This document shows, one piece after another, positions 12,348-25,914 of a stretch of 64,000 nt of DNA. The stretch's first letter is position 1, and every line of letters begins with the position of its first letter. The position numbers and the translations under genes are program-made. The DNA is from Diadema antillarum. Its lineage: Eukaryota. Location of the stretch: the NCBI RefSeq assembly GCF_040938485.1, contig NW_027271766.1, positions 806,001 to 870,000 on the forward strand. Direction: 5' to 3'. A model generated the notes under the pieces. That model saw nothing but the letters and a program-made list of their open reading frames with translations. It was not told the DNA's origin and searched no databases.

Positions 12348-12569
12348 TACTGCATATGCCATATATTTAGCGAGTCTAAATTTTTGTGAATCGGGACTTC
12401 CCAACAATTTTGCGAGTGGTTTAATTCATGATCGTGAAGTACAATGCTGAACGAAGTAGATATCGGGATCAGAGTCAATATTTTGTGTGTCTTTAAATTC
12501 GCGAAAAGCACCTGACTCGCAGAATTCGGGAAAAATAAAAACCTCGCAAAATATTTGGCATATACGGTA
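12348..12569. mobile_element. TA-flanked MITE, family shared with 52319-52602
   Basis: Ends TACTGCATATGCCA / TGGCATATACGGTA; shares the internal TTAGCGAGTCTAA motif with the 52-kb copy in inverted orientation. Confidence 0.65.
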
Positions 12570-15500
12570 TTTTGTTCTACATTGTAATCAGTTTCCTTAA
12601 TACTTTTAGGATTGCCATGAAAATAAGACTGATCTGTGCCTTTAAGCATAGTTGAGAAACAATAGCATACTCAAAGATATTGTGACTGTTAAACTTTTGC
12701 TCCAATTTTCAGTCCTCCAAAAGTTATTACCAGTTGAGTTACCAACTATGAAGGCTTGCACAAACCCAGTGGTCCTGTTCAATTTCTTTGTAAATCTGGC
12801 ATATTATATTCCAGCAATCAATGTAAGTCAAGCTGTAACATGCTATTTGTCTTTGGAATCAGTGTCAATCAGGCCGTTGAGGAATATTTCTTTTCTTACA
12901 ATGTGCCAGATAGCAAAATTCCTTGTCACCTTTTATTGATTACAGCAAGCATTTTGCAAAAGAAATTAGTGTCTGAATATTGATTTAAACAGTATTTCTT
13001 GATATCAACTCACAGGAAGAAACATTTCATTGTGAATCATTGTGAATCAAATAAGCCACCACCACATTTTGGAACAGTACTGATGCTCAAGATATCCATG
13101 CTACAGAGTGTGGGTGTGATGGCCACTGTGTTTTTTTAGGGGCATGATCAAACATCGAAATTTGATTTGAAGTAATACCATCATGAAAGAAGTATGGATG
13201 AATGCTTAAGTGATTTTGAACAGAAGCGTTACCACCAATCTCTACTTCAGTCTGAAATAGTGGCCTCTTGTAGTGATCAAGGAGTTATTTATGGAATTGT
13301 GAAGTCAGCATCTGTACTCAATAATATATTCAAAACATTGTCAGTACTATAGGTCAGTGTGGTATGATTAGTAATTACTGTTTTTGTAGTACATGTATTT
13401 AATCAATGGTGAAGCTGCTACTACCTTTCCTGTCATATGTACAACTGTAACCCCCCCCCCAAAAAAAAAAAAAAAAAAAATGCAGTACAAACTACCCATT
13501 TTTTTTTCAAACTGAAATATGTTTTGCCACAATATTTTTACATTTAGGCTTTTTTTTATTGCAAGGTATATATATATGTATAGAGAGGTATCACAGTTGT
13601 ATTTAAGAGGCTTTATGAGATATAAGATCATTCTTCTTGAGATGTGTTGATTTGAATCACATAAAAAGTTTTACCAAAGTAAAACTCTCTAGAAAAATCT
13701 GTAGTATCAAATGCTTTGCAGGGGAAGTTTCAGGTTTGATTGATATGAATGAAGTTAAGCCTGGCATTGCAAAAACAACTCTTCAGTGCAGATGCAGTAA
13801 AGTTTAAAATCTCGCAACTTAACAACCCGATAGACTTTTTTTTTTTGGGGGGGGGGGATAGTAATTGTGAGAATAATCTGACAAAGATGATACTTTGAGA
13901 AAAAAGTAAACAAAGAATAAAATTGTCACAACCATGACATTATCAATGCTCTGATATTTCCTAGTTTAGAGGTCAACATACATGTCCCATAGCAAAATAT
14001 TCATCTTGACTGTCTCTGTGCAGCTGTATTAAAAGAGAACAGCAAGAGTCCTTCACTGTAATTTTCCTTCTTTTTTCTTTATTGCCTAAGGTTTAAGGCT
14101 TATTTGTAACTGGCACCAGAATTTTAAGTATTTTGTTTGAGATACAGCTTTTTGCCATTTTCTTGATTGCAGTGAGTGAAATCTTGTGCTCACTGATAGT
14201 GTAGAATGGCACATACCTAGATCACTGACAGAAAACGTTAAAATGCAATGCCCCATGGTATTGAAGTTGGGTTAACAAGTAGAATAAAATCTAACCAGCA
14301 AAATGACAGCAGTGCCAGAAAATTAGACCTGAGTATGAGAGCTATGGAAATTTGAAATTGCTTGTTTTCATGAAACAGTGATAGAAGGAACAACCAAATT
14401 GCAAATTACACAAGATAATGATGTAGTAGTCTCCAAATTTCCCTGTCGACCTATACAAATCTTCACCAGGATTTCTTGTTCACCATGAAATCAAAAGTTA
14501 AAGTATACCTATGCTTCATATCATCTTGTATTTGTTGTTTTGCAATAACCTTGCAGTCATGTCCTGTGCGGGGAGAAGGGCCATAGTTGTTATATTCATA
14601 ATCATTGATGAAAAACATGATTTCTTATCCAAGGGAGAGTTATGAGTTGCTGATACAGTATGGAATGACACTTAAGTTTGCAAGAGATGTAAACCTCATA
14701 CAATGTGTGATGAATTATAAAGTCCCACAGACTTGGTAACCTAGGGATTGGACTTTAGTCAAGGAATAAAAATGTGTTCAACTGTACTGTGATACAAGAT
14801 TTGATGCAAGGTATTGTTGTGGTTAGAATGAAAGTCATAAATGCTGTGTGCTTATGAATAGAGATGGCCTTTATACGGTATGATATTGTGCACTCATGTT
14901 ATAACGAACATGGCTATAATTACAAATTACAACGAAGTAAAAATTCAGGTCCCAAGATTATTGTCTTGGTCTTTTTATACTTTACATGTATTTGTTTGCC
15001 TTTAACAAAATTTTGATATAACGAAAGAAAACTGCCAGCCCCAAGGACTTCAAAATAATTAAAGTTGCCTGTAAAATGTGAGGAAAACAAATTGTTAGGG
15101 GTAATTTACAGAGAATTGTCATGTTGGATGTAAAGGAGAAGGACATTGTCATTACTTTTCCAGTATGTATTTCTGTTGTGCTGAAGTTGATACTCAGTTG
15201 ACTATCTCCTTTACTGTATTCATTACTAACAAGACCAATGGCGTACTCGATATTGTAGAAATGTCAGGGTTGTCAGGCAGAGGTTTGTTTGTTTGTTTTT
15301 CCACTTTAAGAACACATTGTCATGCTCTTATCAAGTGTACAGTCTATCTGCAATGGAAGTTATGTAATAACTTGACACAACTTGCTGCTATGCATTCTTG
15401 CAAACATATCTAACTAGATGAGAGGATATCTGACAGAATGAAGGTACAGTAAATAACTGTTATGAGATTTGTTATTTTGATTTGGATGTCAGCAATAGTT

Positions 15501-15602
15501 TTGGTTTATATACTCTTCCAGTGTGAACCCTTCTGTCTTCAAGGAACATGTCTTCAAACAGTTTGACTGACTGCTCACTTTAATTCACGTTCAGGTAATT
15601 AA

Positions 15603-16282
15603 TGTGACTCTGCATCACAACCACCAAAAACTCGCCAGACATGGACTTTTAGGTACGGACAGATTCTGAAAGAACAGATTCCACGCTTTAAAATGATGTA
15701 TTTTAAATGCAATGCAAATGGACTATCCTAACGTAACAGTCTGAAAGAATGTAGACATCCTTGAAAAGAGTTTGCTGAGAAAAAAGGCTCTCAAGTTTAG
15801 GGTCTTTTCAATGCTTAATCTCACCAAGCTGCCCTCCGTGCAATGAACGGAACAAAAGACAGGATGTAAAACTTTGGGGCAACCACAATGACGGGATTAT
15901 CAGATTAAACTAAAATTTTGCACACTCTATTGGCACATTGTATTCATGACCATTACCAACTTTCAAAGCAATTTAATTTAAAGTGAAGAGCGTGTAAATG
16001 GTTTCTAAAAAATGAAACAGACCTTCCGAGATGTACCTTATCACATTTCTGCAAATTAAAGGTGTTCTTGGGAAACTGCAAAAAAAAAACCAAAAAAAAA
16101 AACAAACGACAACTTCCCATTAGTCTTTATGGTCTGCAACGTGGATATATGTAGAAGAAAGATTGGTCTTTAAGAAAATACCCCACTAGAAATTGAATAG
16201 GTTCACCCATTTGACCTATTTTGAGTCCTCACATAAAGTCTTGGGGTGTGACTTTTTGTTGGTTTTGTGATGTACAGTCACA
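15603..16282. mobile_element. Old non-autonomous TIR element (TGTGAC termini)
   Basis: Left TGTGACTCTGCATCACAACCACCAAAAACTCGC; right-end reverse complement TGTGACTGTACATCACAAAACCAACAAAAAGTCAC. No convincing TSD. Confidence 0.55.
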
Positions 16283-16387
16283 GATGTTCCTGTAAATCAG
16301 AGAGTGAGCTGTGCTTTTCATGTTATGTTTCATGTTATGGAGAAAAACAACAAATCAAATGTATGACCATTTTTTTTTATTGATAAT

Positions 16388-16390
<3 letters not shown>

Positions 16391-16442
<52 letters not shown>

Positions 16443-16470
16443 ATGGATGTGTGTGTGTGTGTGTGTGTGT
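16391..16470. repeat. (GT)n microsatellite, interrupted
   Basis: Directly visible. Confidence 0.95.
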
Positions 16471-18713
16471 GCATATGCATAACTCTATGTTTGTAACTCT
16501 CAACATGTATATGTATAGACAAACAACTCTTGTGAGTATTCTGGCGACTTTTAATAACAGGTGCTTTGTAGAGGCAGGTGTCCTCTTACTATTCCATGAA
16601 TCTTGTTAACACTTTTTATTTTAATAAGCATATGAATGTATAAAAGTTTAGCTGTTATATTGAATAGACTGATATTCAAACATGTTTGGGAAAAGGTCAT
16701 CTTAAGCCAATACATATACTGTCTGTGTCAAATGCCTGCAATATTTTGCATGCTATGGCTGCTAGCTTCAAATGTGCTAAAGATTTTGTCAGTGAAAATA
16801 ATATCTGCTAAAACAGTGCCCGCTTTAAAAAGCTTACGTATGTGTAATTTCATTCTTACGCTGGAATACAGGTGTTCTTACTGTTTATACTATACTCCTG
16901 TGATTGAAATTAAAGTGCATAAGTGTCTTTCATTTGCATTTGTATTACAAGTTTGTAATGTACCTGTATTATGTATTGTAGTAATGGAATGGTGGTACAA
17001 AATGTATCTACAATGTATATTCAGTGGTGATACAGTATATCTCAAGATGTTTTTCAACATCCCTGTTGCCAACTATGGTGCAATCTAATGTCAATCTTTT
17101 TCATTACTGTAATATTCATTCCTGTTGGATAGGTGTATTTTGATAAATTGGAATTTGTCCATTACCATCGTTCATGATATTTGAATAAAACCTGATATGG
17201 CTTTGCTACAGACATGGTTGTCACTTGATTTCTACTTTGCACTTCCTAACAATTTTTGTTCCAGACATTTATTTTGATGGAGGAATGTTATTCAGAAAAA
17301 CACTTTTAATCACCTTTAATCCATGATTTGAAGCAAGACATGGATGATTACTGCAGTACACTCCTCATTGCATGATATTTTACATTGTTTATTTTGATAC
17401 ATGAGTAGTATAGTCTGAAAACTACTTTCTTTTTCATATCCCCCTTTTTCCAGTCCATGAAATGGATCACTCCTGTCATGACCAGGACCAGTTCACCACT
17501 TGGATATGTAGGACCTAACACAAAAGGTTCTTTTAAAAAAATATGATAATATTAATTATACAAATCCTGGTAACCAGTAGTGGCATTGATTGGGGGTATC
17601 ATTCCCCCCCCCCCCCCCATAAATAGTACATGGCAAATTGTTAACAAATGTTGTATAGCTACTGAAGTACAAAAGCTTCATAATTCAGTTTCACACTCGA
17701 TCTGAATCTGTATCTGCTTTGAATCTTGACTAGAATCCCAAATAACAATTATACACCTTTCAAACATGTAGGGCCTGTTTACCATGCTTAGAAACACAAG
17801 TTTGCTTTGTGCATTTTCAAAAAGTCTCTACCTGGTACTGTGGGAGGATCGAGGGTAGATCCCTCCTCCCACTATGGTCACTTCAATTCCCAACATATGT
17901 ATCCTCCAAGTACCCCCCCCCCCCAAAAAAAAAGAGAAAAAAAAAAGAGAAAATCCTGAGAAGAAATCAACACCCATGGTCAGGCCATTTGACTTAAAGG
18001 CCACAAGCTTTTCTGAACGATTCAGAAGCCTTTGATAAGTTTATTCCAAAATATTCAATTTTGCTTTCTTTCAGAGGCTAGCTGTAGACTACACATAGCA
18101 ATTGTAATGTAGCACCTTTTCTTTTTAAAGGTGGCAGGACTAGTAAAGATAAGTGTGTACACCACGAATTCGGAGATTCATCACCTATTTTCAATAAAAG
18201 CGATCCTGCATTTATTATGATGTATGACAGGGTACATAGAGGGCATAAGATACTCGAGTACATGTATTGCAGTTTATTTCAAGCGCTCCATATCACTCCA
18301 GTTCATTTACCTTTGGCAATAGTGCTCTTTTCTAATAGTGGTCACTTAATTGACATGGCAAGACTTAAACCCCCTCCTACCTTCTAGTCGGAACACAGCT
18401 GGAATTCAGAGATTCATAATTAATGTTCATTCGAGAGAGAAATTGATTTAAGATACAATAATGTACAATTGTACATGACACAGGGCACAGAATTCTCCAA
18501 TCCAGAGTGCGTCTAATTTCAGCACTTGAATTTTTCAAAATCTGACACATTATGCTCTAAATTGGTTTCCAGATATGTGTAGATTTTAATAGCTCCCTCT
18601 TTCTTTGTCGAGATGCACCTCGATTTCGGAATCTTAAAGGCCATCAGAAAGGGGGTGGGACGCAAATCATCAGATGTTCGTCACGAAGTAGTTTCCAAAA
18701 CATCAAAGTTTAA

Positions 18714-19088
18714 TGGGATGGTACAGTATTGGTGAAGGAGAGGACACCAAGACACCACTTATGAAGTACCGGTACCGTTAGTACAGAGCATCACATTCTA
18801 AGACAAATAAAATTGTATTTGATGAAAATCGGTTTTGAAATGGCTAAGACATCCAAAAACAAAGTAAAATAAAGCGATCATTATAAAAGGTGGGTCCCAC
18901 CTTTTATTAGGATTACCAGGTACTTTGTTTTGGGTATCTCAGCCATTTCAAAACCAATTTCATCATATAAACGTTGAATTCCTACAGGAATTACATGATC
19001 CTTCATATTTCATAGGAAGTTTCTCATTATCTCACTCAAAAATGTTAGAAAACTGAAGTTAGGTCTCAACCAAAACTATACGATCCCT
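18714..19088. mobile_element. TTAA-flanked Kolobok-like MITE
   Basis: TTAA at 18710-18713 and 19089-19092; internal homology to 7842-8228 and 31830-32216. Confidence 0.7.
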
Positions 19089-19092
19089 TTAA

Positions 19093-19276
19093 CGCGCCGC
19101 CGGAGCGCTAGGCAGCAGGGAGACGAACCGCCGCGCCCCGCGCGCCGGCCGCCGGGACACTGCGTTCGTGGTGCTGTTATATGTTCCGTGGGTGCTGGCT
19201 CGCAGGTGATCGAATGGCTTGGCCGGTTGGCGTATTGATATGCCGTATTGGTAGGAACGGCGTCTGGTCAAGCTAG
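19093..19276 (+). promoter_or_regulatory. CpG island / probable non-coding first exon of NTPCR
   Basis: Very GC- and CpG-rich tract (CGCGCCGCCGG...CGCGCGCCGGCCGCCGGG) ending at donor CTAG|GTAAGA at 19276/19277, 1.6 kb upstream of the NTPCR ATG. Confidence 0.6.
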
Positions 19277-19690
19277 GTAAGAATGATGAGTGAATCATGT
19301 TTTAAAGTTTAAAGGTGATATTGACTGTACAGATCATAAACGTTTTTGGCAAGGTTAACACTCAAACCTAGGGACTTTACGAGAGTACAGCCTGTGTTTG
19401 TGTGTATGTGTAATTCAAGTTTTCTTTACCTATTCCCCCTACAATGTGTTCATAGTCCCATGTCTGTGAATATGTGTAAGCAAAACGTATCGACTCTCCA
19501 GGGCACCTTCAGAGGGCCACATGTTTATGTTCTGCCTCCTGACTCGAGTTGAGAGTATGGTGGATGTGCTTTGCTTGATAATTTTTGCATTTTATATTTT
19601 GTATCGCCACTCCATTCACTGCCGTTTATTTCGTCAGCGCATGCAAGTGGTGACGTTCGATGCATTCCCAGCTCCATCCACCACGTACAA

Positions 19691-20545
19691 GTATGGTAGG
19701 TGTTCAACCCACCGACCGGGTCTATAACGACCGACCGCGCATTATAATGGCATTGCGCGTACAGAAAGAAAATGTACGCATGGGACTACGCGCAACGATG
19801 TTCGATTCTTCACTGGGCTACGCTACCGAGTAAAATGTGGCGAAAACAACTAAGTATTCCCTCTAAATTACCGAAATTTAGCAAAATCGAATAAGGTTTA
19901 TCGTGTAACTACATATAACTAGGCCTACCTTTGCTGACTCGTTGTTAGATGTAGAGTATCTTTCCGTAATAAATTTGACGATTTTGACCGCAAAATTGTC
20001 ACCTCCGCTTGTACGATCATGCACATACGTTACACATAACACATGACATAAACATTTTGTCGCCCGCTACGACCGTACGAGTTGATGCAGAAACGAGAAA
20101 TGAATGTGAAAAAACAAACCGACTCATCTAATTTATTTCAATTACGATGAAAAGTTTCCCAATGAAATCAAATCAAATTCATCTAACAGTCCTTCAAAAG
20201 TAATAACGAAGGATTCAAAATATATTCAAATATTATTGGGGAAAAAATGACGGCTAGAAAAAAACAGCGGCCTGTCGAAAAAAACGCATTTAAGTGCCCT
20301 TTATACGTATTGTCAGGGTGGTCGGTTGAAATGAGCAGGGCAACTGAGTGCGGAAAAATGACACCCCACGCGTTCGAAGCCGCCATCTAAGAGCGCGTAC
20401 CTCAGATCGCATTTTCAGTGCGCGCTTGTGAATCCGGAGTATTTTCTCCACACGTGAGTAAAATTTCAGGCAAATTGTGAGATTTTTCACGTTTCTATTG
20501 ATAGAAAAACATTAGGTGTCCGGTATTATGAACACCCAACCATAC
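19691..20545. mobile_element. 855-bp non-autonomous TIR element with GTATGG termini
   Basis: Left GTATGGTAGGTGTTCA; right-end reverse complement GTATGGTTGGGTGTTCA. The boundary is confirmed by flank divergence from the 8297 copy. No TSD recognised. Confidence 0.7.
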
Positions 20546-20870
20546 AGACTTTCTACTTTGTACTAAATTAAAATTGTAGAGACACCATTTTGATTTAAAA
20601 TAAAAACATTACTTAGACTCCATATTTAAGAGAGGTGACACAACAGGGATTGAGCCGTAATTCCTCTTGTATATTAGACTTTATCATATGTGGAAAATCA
20701 CAAAGTGGGGCAGCCACCTTCAGTCTTTCATTATGTTACCTATTTGTACTTTCTTTCTGAAAACTTTCTCATCAGGGTAAAAGAAAGAAAAACCTCATTT
20801 TAAGTTTAGATGTTCTCCGGATAGACAAGACGGTCTGCAGTGCAGAGTAGTCTGAACCACTGTGATCTAG

Positions 20871-23604
20871 ATGGCCAGCTCAACAAACATCAGACACATT
20901 TTCTTGACTGGCCCACCAGGTATGATGTAGAAGTATGTAATGTATATGTGATGGAAAGATGAATTGTGGCAGATTTATAATTGTACGCATACTGTTATAA
21001 CGGTCTAGGGCAATTACCCCCTGGGCAATCACCCGTACCGGGTACCCTTCCCCTGACCCTAACCCTAATTTTAATCCTGAACCTAACCCATACCCTAATT
21101 TCCTGAACCCAACCCTAACCCAAACTCTATACCCTAAACCTAACCTTAACCCTAATCTTTACTCTAACCTTATCACAAGCCAGAATTTAGCCGGGGAGTA
21201 ATTGCCCTCGGGGAGTAATTCCCCTGATACGGACATAACTTGTAGTTGTACTGTCCCATAAGGTGTACCATGCTGATACGAGCTGGTATAACGTGTCAAA
21301 ATTGTTCTTAGTTTCCTCTTAAAGGAAATATTTCTGTCACTGGTTACATGATCTATGATGAATTAGTGTAGAGGTGCAAAGCCTCAATATAAAAAAACAA
21401 ACAAATAAAAAAAAAAACACAAACAAGATAACTGTCTAAATATGTTTCTTTTTTTTTGGGGGGGGGGGGAGGTGGGGGCTGTTGACTTGCTTATGGCAAC
21501 AAGGAAACTGACTGTTCACTGATAGCCATAGTTTCCTTTCAACATGTTCTCAGGTTGATGTGTTTTCGTTATTTGTTACCGGTAGTTTGTTTGTTTGTTT
21601 GTTTGTTTGTTTGTTTGTTTGTTTGTGTGTGTTTTTTTTTGTGCCTGTGTGAATGATTGGCAGAGTGCCTTTGTTAACATTTGTTGCAGGCGTTGGCAAA
21701 ACAACCCTTGTGAGGAAGGCATGCTCAGAACTAGGTGCCAAGTGTATTCCCACCCAGGGATTTTACACTGAAGAGGTCAGAGCGGGAGGCAAGAGAATCG
21801 GCTTTGATGTTGTGACACTTGACGGGCAGAGGGGGACACTGGCCAAAGTAGGGTTAGTCTTTTTTTTCCCCCTTGCTTCAGATAGCACCCATACACTATT
21901 TGCTGTTGCCATGGCTGCAGCTTGACAGTACAGCCAACAAGTTGCAAGAATTCTAGTTGTTGTCATGAATGCTGTAACAAATGTACATTGTACTTTATTT
22001 AACTGACAGCCAGTGATTAAGCAGATGTCCTCATGAAAATATAGTCAATTACAAATGATGCATTGTTAATGAGAGCACTGCCAAAGCACTGCATGTCTGA
22101 AAAGATGACTTTAAATTAAAATTATTGACATCATTTGCAGTACACTGCATGCTAAATTCCTGCATTGTAGTATATAAATTTGTCATCCATTTTTGTTCCA
22201 ACTTATGCCTCACAGTGACCACAAAGGGCCCAAGGTTGGTCAGTACACCGTTAATCTCCCGTCATTTGAACAGCTTGCGTTACCTGTAGTGTCTAGGAAG
22301 GTAAGATCTACTGATTTTTGCAACTCTCATTTTGCTGAGACATTCAATCATTGTGGTTTGGGCCAATAATTATAAGCGGAATAAGTTTCTAAATAATATA
22401 TAATACAAAAAAGGTTCACAAGCCTCCAGGAAAAGAGCAATCTCCATACTATCTTCTGATTCTGAGATATGTCTGTGGTGCACATCACATGATACTAGAG
22501 GTTGTGAAATAGGCAAAGTGGAACATCTTCAGTTCAGAGGTGTATATCTTTACCTTTTTAATTTTGTAGTTTTGTAAACGATTTGTTGTAAGAACACTGT
22601 TTTATAAGCATACTGTGTTGTCAATCTAAATATGTATTACAGTGGACTCCCGTTTTGTTTTTTGTTTCTTTTAATCAAAATTTTGTCATAACTTAACAAA
22701 TAAACAATTAAAAACAAAGAGCCGGTAATGTCGCAGCCTGAATCTTTATTTTGTTGTAACCAGATTTTTTTTTTTCATTATAACTGGAGTGCACTGTAGT
22801 AGATATTTAATGCAGAGGCTTTTTTTCTCAAGAACAATGACATGAGACCTTCTGTGAGTAATCCATATGCCAGACAATGTTATTTTGTTGCAAGTACAAC
22901 ATTGGTCTGTTCATTTAATCCACTGCTACATGTAGAAAGACTCTTCAGAAAAGCCCATCTTTGTGATAGATGAGGTGGGGAAAATGGAACTCTTCAGCCA
23001 GGGTTTCATTCAGTCTGTTCGGAAGCTTCTGGACCAGCCCTCCTCAACTGTTCTGGGCACTATACCCATACCCAAAGGGCGCCCCCTTGGCCTTGTTGAG
23101 GAAATCCGTAGCAGACCTGATGTGAAAGTTGTTACAGTGAGTCTATGTACAGTACCTCCATCTTGATGGAAAAACTAAGGCCTAGCTACACTGTTGTAGC
23201 TATGATTTTATCATATTCATTATCTTCCTTATATTTTGGCCCATTTCTTCTGACACAAACATATGCTCTCTTCATGGTCCAATTTTATTATCCGTTTGTG
23301 TCATGATCAAATCAACACCTATACATTACTCACTATTGGCATATGCCAAAACATATACAGGGATAGGTTTTGAATAAACTTTGTTGCCCTTACAGCAGTA
23401 GAAGTATAGCACATGCACATGTGTACCATACATTTTATTGTAAATTTGTCCCCCAGTTGATTTGCCTTCATTGCTTGAGTGTTGGGGAAAAAATTAATAC
23501 CATTCTGCTCTTTTATTTAACAGATTTCTAAAGACAATAGAGATGCCATTCTTGGGGAAATTCTGGATTCTCTCCACCATGCCAGGAGCGGAGGACTTAG
23601 ATGA
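20871..23604 (+). CDS. NTPCR: Cancer-related nucleoside-triphosphatase homologue, 192 aa, 5 coding exons
   Basis: Exons 20871-20919, 21690-21852, 22216-22300, 22936-23136 and 23524-23604 join in frame. Walker [31 protein letters not shown], Walker [15 protein letters not shown]. Confidence 0.96.
21001..21232. mobile_element. MITE-like element with internal degenerate (CCCTAA)n
   Basis: Imperfect TIRs built of GGGCAATTACCCCC units; the core CCCTGACCCTAACCCTAATTTTAATCCTGAACCTAACCC... resembles telomeric repeats. Confidence 0.6.
21586..21625. repeat. (TTTG)n microsatellite
   Basis: Directly visible. Confidence 0.9.
22638..22798. mobile_element. TA-flanked pogo/Tigger-like MITE
   Basis: TA|CAGTGGACTCCCG...GGAGTGCACTG|TA; same family as 53840-54028. 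Confidence 0.75.
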
Positions 23605-24708
23605 TGTATACCAGAAGTGTGTGCATTGGTCTATCAACAATGTCTTCTCAGAGACATCACTGGCACATGAAGCACTTGTGGGAATTATGTTATTAAGACT
23701 TGTCTTCCACTGGACTTAAGTTGTGTTAAATAACTGCAAATGTTACACCTTACAATGTCATAAACTTTGAGGTGCTTTTGTATGTGAGCAAAGAATGAGG
23801 TAGAGGTTTACATATGTAAATCATTGGCACAGTGTGAGGTTGGAGGAAATTTTTGCATGCGAGTACACGACTGCTTACATCACCAGCAATCAATCCTTAG
23901 AAGTTAATAGCGAGAAAGGGATATTAGATCTGTCGAATACATGAAAAACCTCAATATGGAAGTGGTTGTGTTTTTAACAGTGCAAGACTTCAAGCATGTG
24001 GGATCATCAAAGGTGTAAATGCATGAACTTGTGAAGATGTTGATAAGTTCTAATCCTGTGAATCTTCAGATTACAGCATAGAAGGTTGTAGCCCTCTCTG
24101 TTTCATGCCTTGCAGACCTGTTTCTAGGTTTTGTTTTAAAATGCCGTTTTTGTTTCATGACTGCATAAATACTTCAAAATATCAGCTTGTACTGCCAACA
24201 TTTTAAGTGAGAGAAAAGTAACTCTAACATTTTATATTCTTCGCTTGCTAAAAGTTAGATACGCTCCTGGGAGAAGGGCGTTCTTCATTTTGTTTGTGAA
24301 ATACAATGTAAAAGTAACAAATTAGGTAAAGTTTGAGCAGAATCAGACTGACAGTGAAAAAGTTATGACACTCGGAATGTCTGCACTATTATAAGTCATC
24401 GTCATGTTGAACAAAACTTAAACAAGGACCTATTAACCATGACAATGACGTTGTTATATCAGGTTTCTCATGATATCAGGGAACAAAAACAAAGAAATGT
24501 TAAGAGTTGAGACCTGCAATATGTTAAATGAGGGTCTTGTTATATCTAACCTCTTTATAACGAGGTTCCACTGTGCATGTATTGAAATTGTGTAGAAATC
24601 CTGCTTTGTTGGATGTGCAAAGAAATTTGAATAGGACTTCTTCCTGAGTTTGCATGATAGCAACAACTTCTTGTTTCTATTTCTTCTTTCCTTCAAATGG
24701 CTATGATG

Positions 24709-24921
24709 TACTGTAAAAGTGGATAATTTTTCGCGACTAATTTTTCGCGCTTGGCCGGGTCAGAAGAGTTTTGCATGTTTTTAATTCCGCGGAATCAAGA
24801 CATCACGCACAGGAACATATGGCATGCAAAAATATTCGCATGCTTTTATTTTCGTGCTAGTTTCTGGTTGCGCGAAATGCGCGAAAATTTCAACACCGCG
24901 AAAATTTCCACTTTTACAGTA
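24709..24921. mobile_element. TA-flanked MITE (TACTGTAAAAGTGGA TIR)
   Basis: Perfect 15-bp TIR including TA; copies at 29901-30093 (inverted) and 61743-61955. Confidence 0.9.
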
Positions 24922-25914
24922 CATGTACATGCATCTTTTGTGTGGTCATGGTGACATCTTTCCTGTGAGAGGGAAAAGACTCGGTCTTGGCTCACTTAAA
25001 GATGGGGTATACCCTGGTTGGTAATTTTGACTGCAAATGGAATATCATGATACATCTACCATTATGTGTTGTTATTCTAGTTTTCAATAACCAATCATTC
25101 CTGGTTGGGGAAACCCCCCAAATAAAACAGAATATTTGTCAAGGTCAATGATATGACCATATCTTAAGTACAGCATACCGATATTCAACATCCAGTAGTT
25201 GTAACCCCACAGTGTGAATAAAGGGCATCAACTGAATACATTGTACAGTGTACCAAACATTTGGCTTGAGGGTGAGCTAAACTGACTAAACAGTGCAGCT
25301 TGAACTTTTTCACTCATTGACTTGTCCGAATACTTCCCCTCATTCAAGTCATGTAAGATTGACTGCATTTTAATGCATGCTTATATATTAATGAAGTGCG
25401 AAATAACAAGAAAGACTTGAAGAAATAATGTATTGCAAAGTACTCAGAAGATTTTGAAATAAAGAGTGTTTGAAGAATATTTATTTTCCAAACAGTACAA
25501 CCATATCATTGCATCCATGGCCATTCCAACTTATGCAAGAGCTGCTACAATTAATTGGCCACTGTACCACAGAACATGAAGAAAACAATATCCAGCATTC
25601 CCTGACCCATCATCAGCTTGATAATATCCAGGAACCCCAAAGACATCTTTCTACAGATCATGGCCCCTCACTGTCTGCTATCACATTCTTCACCCAATCA
25701 CATCTGTACATGTTGCTACGGAAATTGGCAGTACGTCACAATTTTTAAATTAAACTACCAGTAATTTGAAAATGAAAAATAACAGGCTCATGGAATTTCT
25801 CCTGCTAGGGAAAGGTTGGGGCAGGAGTACAATGTAGATGCAGGCTTGAGTGTTGCTTGATGCAAGTGTGTGAATCCTCCATTGATCATCACAGTGCTAC
25901 CCAGTAGCAACGGG

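Noticed and set aside
16636-17088. 150-aa plus-strand ORF
   Set aside because: AT-rich, UTR-like sequence giving a C/I/L/V-rich translation without a domain signature.
21001-21232. True telomere or chromosome fusion site
   Set aside because: The repeats are short, degenerate, single-orientation and enclosed by TIRs within an intron.
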